From Octopus vulgaris (lineage: Eukaryota): DNA of 64,000 nucleotides. Positions 26,805-40,513 of the stretch are shown here, piece by piece (position 1 is the first letter of the stretch; the number at the start of each line of letters is the position of its first letter). Position numbers and translations under genes: made by a program. The notes below the pieces were generated by a model. The model was not told the origin of the DNA, did no database searches, and saw only the letters and a program-made list of their open reading frames with translations. The stretch is taken from NCBI GenBank assembly GCA_951406725.2, contig OX597814.1:152210001-152274000 (forward strand), given 5' to 3'.

Positions 26805-28086
26805 CGAGGGGCGTTCAATAAGTAATGCCCCTGACCCACTTCCCATAGCAGTAGAGCAACGAAACTTGGCACAGGTATTAGTCTTTTTCTACATAGGAAC
26901 CCCCCAGAGTTACGCATTTCTCCCATCGTTTGATGCGGCTCTGGAGACCGTTTTTGTAGAAGAACCCAGCTTGGTCCTCCAACCTCAACGTGACTTCAGA
27001 TATCAAGGCTGCATCATCTGGGAAACGCTTTCCTTTCAAAAACAACTTCATGATTGGGAAGAGGTGAAAATCAGAGGGTGCAAGGTCAGGAAAGATGGGG
27101 AGGAGTTCATAGCCATACGCCTGTGCTTCTGATCTGGCGACAAGTGAGTCGTGGACCGGAGCGTTGTCCTGCAGGAGGAGGATGCCTTTGCTGATCTTTC
27201 CCCGCCTCTTGATTTTGATAACTTCTCTTAATTTCTTCAAAAGTGAAGCATAATAGGCTCCTGCAATTGTGGTACCCTTTGCCAGGAAATCTGTCATCAC
27301 TACTCCATCCTGGTCCCAGAAGACTGTGAGCATGACCTTGCCAGCGGAGGGCTGCACCCTTGCCTTCTTTGGAGGGGGTGAGTCACGGTGCTTCCACTGC
27401 ATTGACTGGGCTTTGGTCTCTGGATCATCGTGATGGACCCAGGTTTCCTCCTGTGTAATCAGTCTTTTGAAAAATTATGACTCATCTTCTTGGCACATCT
27501 CCAAATTCACCCTCGAGCACTCGACGCGTTCTTGCTTCTGGAAAGGCGTGAGCAGCCTGGGAATCCATCTGGCAGACACCTTTTGCATATGCAAATGGTC
27601 ATGAATGATAGTTTCCACAGACCCGGTACTAATCTTGACCTCATGGGCTATTTGGCGAATAGTTATGCGTCGATCTTCCAAAATGGCAGCCTCAACTTGA
27701 CGGACAGATGCCTCATCAATGGCAGAAGGGGCGACCAGATCTGGGAGCTGTTTCCACAGAGTTCCGACCATGTTTGAATTCACGATGCCAGCGTTTTACA
27801 AGGTCATATGATGGGGCATCATCACCATAAATTACTTTCATTTCATCAAAAGTCTCCCGTGGTGTGCGTCCTTTCAAATACAAAAACCGGATCACTGCTC
27901 GACACTCAACAGGCTCCATTTCACACTTGACTCGGTTCAAACACCTGTAAATCAGAAACCACAATTAATTCAGAGCTGTAATTTGCTACTTACTCTATAG
28001 AGATATAAATGATTGCACATGCAAAATTTCAGCTAGATCAAACAACTGCAAGTGGGTCAGAGGCATTACTTATTGAACGTCCCTCG
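26805..28086 (-). mobile_element. Full-length mariner DNA transposon (inactivated)
   Basis: ~37-bp TIRs CGAGGGGCGTTCAATAAGTAATGCCCCTGACCCACTT and AAGTGGGTCAGAGGCATTACTTATTGAACGTCCCTCG, TA target duplication, 1282 bp long. Confidence 0.95.
26878..27919 (-). pseudogene. Mariner (DD34D-type) transposase pseudogene
   Basis: MEPVECRAVIRFLYLKG (HTH), WIPRLL, ITQEETWVH, SAGKVMLTVFWD, LQDNAP, PDLAPSDFHLF. Lesions: frameshift at ~27720-27740, stop at 27475-77, first catalytic D changed to E, and D31D spacing from a 3-aa deletion. Confidence 0.93.
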
Positions 28087-28661
28087 TATATACGATGTTT
28101 GTAGTACTGAATTTTGGTGAACTTAAATGTAGCGTGTCGAAGGTTCATGCTTTACCCTTATAGTTACTAATGCGGACAAAATATTGTTATATATAAACAT
28201 TTGGAAAATCTGATCTTTCTGAGCAGTATGAGTAGCTTATCCAGTGTATTTTAATGACCGCTTTCGATATATCAGGTGATTAGATAGAGGCTCTTTTATA
28301 AGGAATATTCATGTTACACCGATTAAAACGTTTTGGCTTTGATATTATAATTACTTCCGCTTGGAAATTATCGAGCTCCACATGATTAGTCGTGGTTATA
28401 TGTAATGAGGTGCTAGAGAGATGAGTGAAAAAAAATTAGCACACTGTAGTGAGGAGAAATTTTATCTGGTGAATTAAAAGGAAAGCTAGATGAAACACGG
28501 GTCTGGCAAATAAGGGAAGGACACATAAGTATATGCTTACATGCTACATTATTGTGATTTTTGTTGAGGTTATATGTGTATGTGTGTGTGTGTGATTTCA
28601 ATTTGATTCTATAATCGTCTCTCTCACTCTATAAACATATATATAGATATATATACATACA

Positions 28662-28719
<58 letters not shown>

Positions 28720-28759
28720 TATATGCATATATATATATATACACATACATACATATATA

Positions 28760-28797
<38 letters not shown>

Positions 28798-28804
<7 letters not shown>

Positions 28805-29068
28805 ATATTTAGGAATGGTCATTTTGCCAGTTTAGCCAATAAAAACATACGCACTATATATTTGGTGTTACTTTGCTTCAGTGTTATTTATTTTTTACAT
28901 TAATCTTAATGTAAAAAATAAATAACACTGAAGCAAAGTAACACCAAATATATATAGTGCGTGTGTTTTTATTGGCTAAACTGGCAAAATGACCATTCCG
29001 AAATATAACAATATCTGTTTCAACACACGACTCCACATAAAAAATCTTGCACAACAAATATCTAAACG
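28798..29068. mobile_element. Near-perfect 215-bp palindrome plus ~55-nt unpaired tail, in (TA)n
   Basis: 28798-28903 and 28906-29013 are reverse complements (2 substitutions and one TA indel) around a 2-nt loop TC. The tail 29014-29068 is followed by (TA)n. Confidence 0.9.
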
Positions 29069-29264
29069 TATATATATATATATATATATATACATATATA
29101 CATGGTGTCTGTTTATCACCCGATGCGCTTACATCTGCACCGCCAGATGCTCTTGAACCAGTTATTGAGTGTCCTACCCGTCATATTTACTCATGTCATA
29201 TTTATGTCATAAATATGACATAAATTCTCGTATATTCCATCTTCCGTCTTTCATTTGCCATATT

Positions 29265-29318
<54 letters not shown>

Positions 29319-29624
29319 AATGTATATATGTCTTCGATTTTTGTCTACCAAAAAGGGTTTTTCAACCCAATGTTAACATGCTACTAAGGTGGCGAACTGG
29401 CAGAATCGTTAGCACGCATAGAAAATGCTTAGCGGCATTTCGTCCCTCTTTATATTCTGAGTTCAAATTCCGCCGAGGTCAATTTTGCCTTTCATCCTTT
29501 CGAGGTTGATAAAAGAAGCACTAGTTGAACACTGGAGTCAATGTAATCGACTGGCCCCCCTCCCTCAAAATGTCAGGCCTCGTGTCAATAGTAGAAAGGC
29601 ATATGTTATTATTTATACAGTTAT

Positions 29625-29998
29625 AAAATTTGGATGCACCAAACTCTGTGACTATACAAGGCCCTATATTAAAATTCTTATATCCATGTAATCGAAACCA
29701 CTTTTATGACAGCAGTGCCAATGGCCTAGATGATTCTATTCCATTCATCACATTCATCCCATCTGACAACCCATTTCAGTTCGAGTGCCTTCAGTCTCCA
29801 GTGGCACTGCCTGCTTCTGTGACCATCAACAAGTCACGAGGATAGTCCCTTATGGTTTCTGAAGTTGAGCTAAAATGTCTGTGTTACTCCTATGGTCAAC
29901 TGCATGTTATACTTTTATGCGTTTAGTGAAGCAGTCATCTTATCATTATAGAGCACCAAACCACCGAACAAGACGCTGTCCCCAGAGATCTTGCTTAA
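29625..29998 (+). pseudogene. Helitron PIF1-like helicase C-terminal fragment (decayed)
   Basis: Fragments NLDAP/KLCDYTR, IPFITFIPSDNPFQFECLQSPVALPASVTINKSRG*SL and CYSYGQLHV match the PIF1 motifs 'RLQFPVRLAFAMTINKSQGQSL' and 'FSHGQLYVA'. Confidence 0.8.
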
Positions 29999-30467
29999 TA
30001 CAATTTGAAAAACATTATCTTATGTGTTGCATATCAATTTAGATTTACAAAAGAACATTTAAAGTAAAACAGTATTTTCTTAAGTCATAACATAATTATC
30101 AGTAAAAGCACTGTCAAACGTTTCACACATCATATTACTTTAAACACGTATTTGCATTACAACAGAAATATGGAAATATAGTTAGGTTCTGAAGCATTAC
30201 ATAAAAACTCCATCATTTAAAATATTTAAGCTTCACAAAACATATTTCTATATATTCTGCATTCTAGAAACACCAAATAGCTCTGCTAGAATGTGTGTGT
30301 TGGGAATGGGGAAGAGTGAATTCAGGTGAGCGCGTATATGTCTTAGTTCTATGTTGGATCTTTACGAGTTGGAATCAACTGGCGTACTGGTACCACATCG
30401 TTTTATAACTGTTTCAAACAGGAAAGCAATTGAATGCCGTACAAGAAATCTACACCTCATACTCACG

Positions 30468-30823
30468 AGTGTTCCAGTTGATCCGATCAACGGAACAGCC
30501 TGCTCGTGAAATTAACGAGCAAGTGGCTGAGCACTCCACAGACACGTGTACCATTAAGGTAGTTCTCGGGGAGATTCAGCATGACACTGAGTGTGACAAG
30601 GCTGGTCCTTTGAAATGCAGGTACAACAGAAACAGGAAGAAAGAGTGAGAGAAAGTTGTGGTGAAATAGTACAACGGGGTTCACCACCATCCTCTGCCGG
30701 AGCTTCGTAGAGCTTTAGGTGTTTTTGCTCAATAAATAATCACAATGCCCGGTCTGGGAATCGAAACCTCGATCCTGAGACCGCGAGCCCGCTGCTCTAA
30801 CCACTGGGCCATTGCGCCTCCAC
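30468..30823 (-). mobile_element. SINE family C, tail type 2
   Basis: Same head and core as 36788 but with tail ...TTCACGAGCAGGCTGTTCCGTTGATCGGATCAACTGGAAC. Second copy at 35750-36041(-). Confidence 0.85.
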
Positions 30824-31489
30824 ATGACAACTGTATGTAAGTGGATACTCAGAGATCTGGTATCAAGCTTAAACCATGGGATTGTATATGAAAGCGTCAA
30901 GAAGATAGAACATGAAAATACCGAGTCACGAATTGAGTGGTTAAACGAAAGCCCACAATTTATATTGAAGAAACTTTATGAACGTATACATTTAACCTTT
31001 AGAATTACTGTGTCTCAACACACTACAGTAAGTCAACTTAATGAAACAATGGTTTCTTTGAAGTATGTGCATGAAATCATGGAAGGGTTTAGTTACCTGT
31101 TCGAGAAGTGTTGCCACACAGAATTAAATTGTAATTTATCACTCTTATTAGATAAATGCAAGGGAAATAGAATTTGACTGCATTATCTCCTACCCAAAAT
31201 TAACGTATAATATAAATGTATGCATATATGTACACGTATTCGTATGCACATACAGATATACACGCTTAAACAAGGTGTGTACATCTCTCTTTACAAAACG
31301 GTTAAAAGTCTGTAAACGTAGTCTGTACTGCAGCATGTGTGTATGAATGTATGTATATATGTATGCATGTATGCATGTATGCATATATATATATACAAGC
31401 ATGCATGAATGTATACACGCACACACACACACATACACACACGCACACGCACACACACACATACACACATATATATAAATGAATATTCC

Positions 31490-31880
31490 ACGATTTGCGA
31501 TCACGTGATGCACTTCGCCAAAGTCCTTTCCATCCTTTGATTTCATTGCTCTATCTTTGCCTTTGTTGCCAGCGAGCCAGTTTAATATTTAAACATGTTT
31601 TTTCTTAATTTTACCAACCAGGAAACAGGTGCAGAAGTCCTGGGCCCTGCCAAAATATTGTAGTTTTCGCCGTCTCACTGTTATTATCAGCTTTTGTTCC
31701 CATAGGTCTCAGTTGCTCGTTTTATAGGTTACCCAGTTGATCCGCAACTTCCTTTTATAGCATTTCATCTCGGATGCCTTCTGTCACTTGCTTTCAGCCA
31801 CTCTTCAGACCCGTACCACTCAATGTTATTAGAAGTTTGATGCTTTTGCTGAGGGTACAGTTTTTCCATATCGTTGTGAG
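31490..31880 (-). mobile_element. RTE-clade LINE 3' fragment (decayed)
   Basis: Minus-strand fragments YGSEEW, EMKCY, LRINW, TVRRRKLQYFG. Confidence 0.65.
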
Positions 31881-33222
31881 TGACCAAAGGGATGTTGTTC
31901 TTGTTTAAGCCCAAGGCCAGCAAATTTATGAGGGACGTCTGTCCCAGCTATCGCCACCAGTACTTAACTGGTACTATGTTTTATCAACTCAGAAAGATAA
32001 AAGACGAAGTCGACCTTAGCTGGATTTGAACTCTGAACGTAAAAGAACCGAAACAAAATCTGCAAAGCATTTTTTCAACGACCTAATGGTTGTGCCATTC
32101 CACCGCCCTTAGGCCAGAGGAAAGGAATGTTCCACTTCTCATAGTATCAATCGATAAATGCCATTCATAGTGAACCATTATGCTTTCTTAGTCAGTATCC
32201 TGATATTAAAAACCTGATCCGGGTGAGATAAGCTTCTAAGCCCAACAGCAGATCTGAGTTATATCGGTGTGTGAATCAGCGGCCGGCGGTTAAATAACTC
32301 GTTAAGGGGTTCACATTGTACTGATCACTACCTCCCCGGCTGAACTCCGGGCCCTCATTGACTAGGCTAAGTAGAGTCTTTAGCGAGTTACCGGAGACAA
32401 GCACTGTGTTTTGGTGGTTTTTGTGTGTGTGTGTGTGTGTGTATTAATGTGTGTACGCGTGTATGTACATGTATATGTATGCGCATGTATGTTTGTGCAT
32501 GTGAATGGATGCACAGCGGCGGCACACACAAATATACACAAATACACACATATATATATATATAATGTTGTTGAGAGTGACTTCGTAGCATGGTCAGCTA
32601 AGCTATCGTCTGAACTGGCCGAAACTTCGAAGTTACTAACAACAACATTCTTATTTAAGATGAATAACATTTCATTCCATAAAAGAAAATAGTAAACCGT
32701 CATGTTAATGTAAAATTTTTTCTTATCATGATTGGATATAAAAACATTAATATAGATAGATAGACAGATAGATAGATAGATAGATACATACATACATACA
32801 TACATACATACATACATACATACATACATACATACATACATACATACATAGACCGAGAATGATACAATCAGTTAATAAAAAGAATGGTGAATATAAAAAA
32901 TAGCCCCCAAATGTAAAACATACACTTCCAACAAACGTCGAACGCATTTGCCGACAGCTGGAAATTTCGAAGATTAATATTATCGATAAATGAATATTAA
33001 TTTCAAATATTTAAAGATTAGAATATGTAAATGAGTCTTTCAGTCCATCTCTCTGATGGATACATATATAAGTGAATGGTTGTGTGCGTATGTATATGTG
33101 TATTTATGTATGTATTTATGTATGTATGCATGTATGCATGTATCAATTTATGTTTGCATATATACTTCATGTTGGTGAGTATTTATACATGCCTACATAT
33201 ACACACACAAGCACACACACAC

Positions 33223-33282
<60 letters not shown>

Positions 33283-33616
33283 GCGCAGGGACGCGCGCGC
33301 ACACACGGACACACATATTTATATAAAAGTGCTAACACGCTAGCTTCAACATGGCGCTTTTGCAGTGACACTGAGTTTTATATATGGGGATTATTTAATG
33401 CAATTTTTTGCATGGCAGTGAATGATAAATAGCAAAATACATCAAGTTGGGGGAAAAAGCAGGAGAATTGACAGCAGAAACGTTGATGATTGTGCGTGTG
33501 TGCTTGTGTGTGTGTGCATATATACACATACACACACACATAGATATATGGACATATATGTGTTTGTTCATGCATATATGTGTGTGTGAGTTTGTGTGTG
33601 CGTGTATGTATATATT

Positions 33617-34072
33617 CTTTTATTCTTTTATTTGCTTCAGCCATTTGACTGCAGCCATGCTGGAGCACTGCCTTTAGTCGAACAAATAGACCCCAGGACT
33701 TATTCTTTTGTAAGCCTAGTAATATTATATCGGTTTTGGGCCGAACCGCTAAGTTACGGGGATATGAACACAGCAACATTGGTTGTCAAGCGATGTTGGG
33801 AGGACAAGTACAGACACATAAACGTACACACAAACACACACACACACACACACACACATACATACACACATACACACAGAGAACACACACACACACATAT
33901 ATATGTATATATATATATATGACGCGCTTCTTTCAGTTTCCATCTACCAAATCCCCTCACAATAGCCCGAGGCTATTGTAGAAGATACATAGCCATGGTG
34001 CCACGCAGTGGGACAGAACCCGGGAGTATGTGGTTGGTAAGCAAGCCGCTTACCATACAACCACTCCTACGT
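33617..34072 (-). mobile_element. SINE family A
   Basis: Reverse complement colinear with 14584-14988. Confidence 0.85.
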
Positions 34073-34883
34073 CTATATATGTACGTGTGTGTATACATGT
34101 ATACAGATATATGTGTGTATATACACGTTTGTGTGTGTGTTTGATTTGACTTGTTCTGTCAACTGAATTACTGATTCGGTAAATGAACAATCTAAGCGGC
34201 TGAGTATCCCTTAGTCACGTGTACCTTTAATATTATCCATATAACAAACCAGCCTGATAAATTATGTAACAAAGCTAGGCATTGAAATTACAGGTAAAAT
34301 CAATAAGATTGGCTACCACACAAATTCCGTCATCCTAATTTCATTCACAAGGTTCGGGTCGACTCGAGGCTATAGTAAAGCTCATGGTAAAGCGAATTTT
34401 TAAACAACGTGGCTGTGCCAGCATCCATGCGTTAACGTGAAGTTTGATGTGACGACAAACGGCAATAGCCGAATAACTATAATTATGTTCTTTACTATGG
34501 GTTCAGTAGTTTTTTTCTCTTTTACCTTGTAACAAAACCGTATATGCGTAACGTATAACATGGCTGTTCTATAAAATGTAGTAACTATGTTACTACATTC
34601 TAATCCCAGGAAAACGTATTTTCAAGCTGGTTAACGACACACAACCTGTGTCCGATATATTGTGAGTAAGGGAGCGAATCACTCTACTCCAGCTTGGCAA
34701 GACCAGTAGAGCATAGTTTCTGGGTCTTTACTCTTCATTGGTACTGGACATCTGCCTGCTAGAGATGGCAGTCAATCGTCCCTACTCCCAATATATAAAC
34801 AGAAAAGTGGCAAACAGCCGCTGATCTCGTAACGAGCAAAATAGTTAGTTCTAAAATCTCTAAACGAGATATAAGTAGTAACA

Positions 34884-34926
<43 letters not shown>

Positions 34927-36149
34927 TAAACAGTGTTTATAACAAGAGGAAAGTAATCACTACATGTTGTAGAGTATAATTCTGTTTACTGATGCTGTTT
35001 CCGTTCAGTTTCACCATAAGACATTGAATAAAATATGTTTTATAATAAAAAGATGTTCTTTTATTTAAGGTTATATCATTTCAGTATTGCATTGACTAAT
35101 ATAATAATTCACATGAATGATTCTTAATGGTTAGTTATTTCCAACAGGAAAACTTTGAAAGAAGACAACTTTGGCAAATTTTTGCTCTTATAAAATCACC
35201 TTTGTCTAATTTGATGGCCAGCCAGAGGCTGTGGCAATTCTGGAACACAGCCTTTTTCTTTTTCTTTCTTTTTCTAGATGGAGCCGATATCCAAATTTTC
35301 CATATGGGTTGTCTGATAACCCTTGTTGAATGTGATACACGTAAGAAGATATTTTTATTGCGAGCACCTTAACCTCTTAGTAGCATTTAATATTTCATTT
35401 TAATCTTTCATTCACATCTCGTGTTGCCTCTAAATCAACTGTAGGTTGTGAGCTCAACCGATCGGAAATCGAAATCTGCTGATATTAAAATATTCTTGAA
35501 GGTTTGTCAGCATGACGAGAAGTTTTTTTCTCCTTTTCAAGATGCAACCAGCATGTGACAGCAAGATTTTAAGTTTTTTTTCCGAAGCACATAGATAGTA
35601 GAAACTGATACGATTATTGTATACCTTTACTTTTGTTAAAATACTCCAGCTGGTATACTTATAAATGAATATATTTGTATATGCATTCGTTGGTGTGCCA
35701 GTTGACGTCATACGTTCAAAATATTGCAACTTCAGAAATACGGACGATGAGGGTTCCAGTTGATCCGATCAACGGAACAGCCTGCTCGTGAAATTAACGT
35801 GCAAGTGGCTGAGCAATCCACAGACACGTGTACTCTTAATGTAGTTCTCGGGGAGCTTCAGAGTGAGAGAAAGTTGTGGTGAAAGAGGACAGCAGGGTTC
35901 GTCACCACTCCCTGCCGGAGCCTCGTGGAGCTTTAGGTGTTTTCGCTCAATAAACACGGACAACGCCCGGCCTGGGAATCGAAACCTCGATCCAAAGAAC
36001 GCGAGTCCGCTGCCCTAACCACTGGACCATTGCGCATCCACTTAAAACAAGTACATATGTACGTACCATCAAAAGCAAGTTTTTGAGAGGGATTCCACAA
36101 CACACACACACACACACACACACGAAGCAACGACTGAACTCCTTCTTTG

Positions 36150-36755
36150 GTAGCTCGACTTACAAGTATCAGCAGCCAAATCTTCCTAAGATCTTTTCTT
36201 ACCCTCTTAAAGAAATATCATTTGATCATGCAGCCTAGTGTTATATAATTCATAAAAAATGGGATGGTCATGGCTGGAATGATTTCGATAGTGATACATT
36301 ATGTCTGAATTAATAACGTGATAGTCCCGGCTGGGACGACTTTGATCCCATGTCTCGTTGAGGCGGACGAACAACGCACACACACAAATGAAAGAGAAAA
36401 GAGGAAAAAGAGAGGCTTGAGACTCTTACAAAAGATTGATAGGTAAAGATTTTGGGAGGGAGGGAGAGGGAAGAGGGGAAGAGGGAGGGACGGGAGAGAG
36501 AGAGGGAAAGAGTGTGTGTGTGTATACGTGAGTCATCTGCCTCACACGCATGCATCGATGCACGAGCCACCTGGAAATCCTCTACGTAGTCGATTCACCT
36601 GGTAGAAATAGACCCGCCGGCTTGAAAGATAGGACGCAATGGATAATGTAATCTTAGAAACTTCTCTAAAGAAAAGACGAACTAGTCACAGTTTGAATAC
36701 TTTCGGCCATAATTCTTGCCGATTAGGACGGACCTGGGCTAAACGACAGCAACGC
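36150..36755 (+). repeat. Two decayed copies of an unclassified interspersed repeat ending in (CAA)n
   Basis: Motifs AGCAGCCAAAT, GGATAATGTA, GGTCA(C/T)GGCTGGAAT and GACCTGGGCTAAAC recur at ~43370-43560, 59080-59280, 59920-60090(-), 61930-62470(-) and 63570-63740(-). Confidence 0.55.
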
Positions 36756-36787
36756 TCACAGATAAACATAGAGTATATTTAGAAAAT

Positions 36788-37092
36788 GTGGAGGCGCAAT
36801 GGCCCAGTGGTTAGGGCAGCGGACTCGCGGTCGTAGGATCGCGGTTTCGATTCCCAGACCGGGCGTTGTGAGTGTTTATTGAGCGAAAACACCAAAAAGC
36901 TCCACGAGGCTCCAGCAGGGGGTGGTGATCCCTGCTGTACTCTTTCACCACACTTTCTTTCACTCTTTCTTCTGTTGGCCTGCTCGCTTAGCCAACGGGG
37001 TGGCGTCATTTGAAGGCTAAAATAATGCGAACGCATTGTGACCAGCGATGTGTAACAACATCTGATGGTCTGGTCGGTCACGTGATCACGTG
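36788..37092 (+). mobile_element. SINE family C (tRNA-derived), tail type 1
   Basis: A box TGGCCCAGTGG, B box GTTTCGATTCC, tail ...GGTCGGTCACGTGATCACGTG. Second copy at 21917-22198 and a partial copy at 19141-19299(-). Confidence 0.85.
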
Positions 37093-37372
37093 TAATATTT
37101 AAAAACCAGCCCACACTATACCAAATTATCTTATTGTCATCAGTATGATTCAACGACCTGTTGAACGCATCACCAGCTACTCTATGTATCTGTTAACGAG
37201 GATTCTATTTCCTTGCACTCTTAGGAAATCAACAGCTGTTTCCAAACAAATGAACTCTACTACATTTATCAAATTAATCTAAAACCTATAATACACGCAG
37301 GCTCGTAGGCGCACACATGAATATATCTATAACTATCTTTTATATCTGTGTATGTGTGTGGTGTGTGAATGT

Positions 37373-37413
<41 letters not shown>

Positions 37414-40204
37414 CAGAGACAGAGAGATAGAAAGGGAGAGAAAGAGAAATAGAGAGAGACAGGGAGAGGACAGAGTGGTGGATACAAGGTCAAGTGTGTT
37501 GTGGGATCTTGATATTAACATTAATGTATTCTAATTAGATATATTTTTTCGAACAGTAAGTAACATATATATATAACTCAATTATTACAAATACACGTGT
37601 TTTTGAATATAGTGTTTATTTCTATCTTTGGCACGCAGCCACAAATGTCTAGAAGAGTTATACAGTCAATCTAGTTGATCTCACTATATGATTGAGGCCT
37701 TTTTTTAATAACCCGGGAGAGAGCAAACGCAACGTCAAAACTCGTAGAGTTTTGAACACAGAATGTTAGAGAAAACAAGTAAACACCACAATGCTTTTGA
37801 TTAATCTGGTATTTTACTATTTCTACCAGATGTGGGCACTGTGTTTTAGAGCATACAATGTACATGTTATTGTATATAAAACTGAAGTAGCAGAATTATA
37901 GGAAATTGGTCATAAGCTATGCTAACAACCATCTTGTATAAAAAAAAAAAGTTCGCGAAGGGGAATTAATTATTTTGCTGCAAAGAACAGGAAATAGGTT
38001 TTTTGACGGGGCATTTCATCAACATTTCATATTTCTCCATAGGTTGAGACTTCTCACTTTTCTCATGGCAAAATGCTTTAATCCGCCTTGTGAAATTTTC
38101 GTACACTAAACTATATCAGTGCAACGAATAATATATGGGCTTCTATAATTTTCGTGAAAGCGCATGTCCTAGTGCAACGGATACTGTACTCACGATCTTG
38201 CAATCGCGGGTTCGACCCGCAGATTGGAGAATGGGTTGTGTTCTTGAGCAATAAACTTTATTTCCCGTTGGTCTAGTGCACTCAGCTGTAAATGAGTAGC
38301 CCTGTGACAAACTGGCCTCCCATTCAAGGAGAATGTTGTGATCTCCATTACATACGTATGGAAACCGGGTAATTGGTCCTGGAGTCGAGAAAGTTCTTAT
38401 TTATCTATATTTCATTCCTTTTTTTCTCTTAATTTAAATAAAAATTAATTATTATAAAGAAGTAAAGTATGTACATTTCATTTGCCAAAATTACGTTGAT
38501 GCCTTTCAACTGAAATGTAAGGTCAATTTAGAAGGCAGCGTCTATGAGTAGCTGAAATATCGGACCTGATTATGTTGCACATTTTATGGCTACATCCGTC
38601 TCCGATATCAGCTAAATATGAAGTATAGTGTATATGGGATTTTGTAGTCCCTATAGGTCGTGTGTGGTGTAGTGAGTAAAGAGTAGTGCCTTTGTAAACC
38701 TGTGAGTTGCACATCATCCGACGCGAACCGGAGTACTGGCCTCCGACTTCTACATAGCTCTTTCTTATGGCTTCATGAAGTCAGTAGTCCAGACCGACGG
38801 CCCCACAATGGTACCTCACTTCAGTTAGTGTGCAAAACTAAGTAGAAGATATCCACAATTTCGGAAGGATTGCCGTAAAGGGAATGCCATTCCTTCAGAG
38901 CACGAAGACTGAAATGACCGATGAGGCAGAAGAATCCAATATGATCAGTGGCTCAGAAAGTATGTTCGCAAATTGTGTGGCGCTTCTAGAACATTCTTTT
39001 GACAGAATACAGACTTGTAGTCCCACTATGTACATACTTGCACTCGTAGTAAATAATTCGTCTTAAACTACTCGAATAGAGACCCTTGATATTCAGCCCA
39101 TGATAGATGAAGACACCTAAGAGTAGGAAAAGTCCCTGTAGTGATCGTATCTCCTCGTACAACTTATTTAACATAATTTAACATCTTCACATTTAAAGGG
39201 TACCTTTTCAGTCCCACAAGTGAAGTTTTTATTAAAACAAAAACATTTTCAACATCAACTTCCATTGTTGTAGGATTTCGTAAATAAAGCCAAGACCATT
39301 CCAAGCTAACAGAAAAGCTCAATATGGAAAATTATTTTCAGCTTTGGAAGTTCTGAATCTCCGTTAATAGAAGTTGTATCATAAAGGCATTGTCAGATTT
39401 TCTTTGACAAATCAATGAACATACAACTAATAAATTTATAAATAAATAATATTCAGCTTCCAAAGTCAAAAGCAAGTAGAAAAAGGAAGAAATATCTCTA
39501 TTTTAGGCCATCGATCATATAAAGACAAATTCTAAAAGCGACCAAGCCTTTTGCATTCATTATTATCTGGCTTTAGCAAGAATCTGCCTGTCTATCTACG
39601 GTGCTATTTGTAGGTCGACTTTATTTTTGCTACCATGTTGTTCCTTATTCAAAATATACCAATCATCCAACAGAGGCAATGTCAACAGCTATTCGTCAAA
39701 TACTCTACCAGTTGTCAACTGAATTCTGTAATATTTGGTTGAAATATATCTGCTCTTTAAAATATAGCAGATTTATTTTTTCTCTTTCTCGCTCTATTCT
39801 GTTCAATTTGAAGCATAAGGTCAAATGTTATTCACGTTTAGCGTGAAATAAGATATTAAGTTATTTCCTGAGTAGGCACGTTTTTGAAATACCAAGATTT
39901 AGTTATTGTATATATTTTGTCACAGTAGAATTAACTATTTGTAAGTTGGGTAGCAGCAGACATCAATTACATGAAACATATCGCTGTTAGAAAATAAAGA
40001 GTAGTTTATTTATTTAATCTCCTAAAATTTGACAGATTGATCTACTGACTGTAAAATGTTAGTTTATTCCTTTGTGCAGTAACGCAAAAATAACAAAATA
40101 TTTAGTTTTTGAAGTGCTTGTGTTATTAGGAAACAATGGTAAGAACTTTATAGGTTGAAACGTAACTTTTAGAACCGTTTGCGGTTGAAAAAGACAGCAA
40201 CCGC

Positions 40205-40400
40205 TCTATCTGCAACAATAAGACCGAGCTGATAGCCCATAAGAGAGGTTTTTGAAGATTTTCCCAGGGACACAGTGAGGAACGCATGCGTCAGGTTCCG
40301 GAGTTGTCCCGAAGCCGTTTTGGAAGCTGAGGGCGGCTACTTTAGATAAACTGTTCTTTGGGTAAACCATGAATATATTATGTACATTGTATGCTCTAAA
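40205..40400 (+). mobile_element. Tc1/mariner-superfamily transposase C-terminal fragment
   Basis: Translates (with a shift) to ...FEDFPRDTVRNACVRFRSCPEAVLEAEGGYFR*, which matches the 'AC..FR.RLEAVI.A.GGY.E' C-terminus. Confidence 0.65.
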
Positions 40401-40482
40401 ACATAGTGCCCACATGTGGTAGAAATAGTAAGTTACAGATTAATCAAATGTGTGTGTCTGAGAGAGAGAGAGAGAGAGAGAA

Positions 40483-40513
<31 letters not shown>

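Noticed and set aside
31785-31812. CTGAAGA-GTGGCT-GAAAG on the minus strand
   Set aside because: There are no stems and it falls in an RTE coding remnant (YGSEEWLK), so it is a chance match to the hammerhead core.
36788-36862. tRNA-like sequence (also at 19225-19299, 24965-25038, 30750-30823)
   Set aside because: These are SINE heads that continue into SINE bodies, with imperfect acceptor and anticodon stems. They are not called tRNA genes.
38520-39180. Higher-complexity stretch with short ORFs, possible host exon or old LINE
   Set aside because: I could not identify a convincing motif or splice-bounded frame. BLASTx and RNA-seq would be needed.
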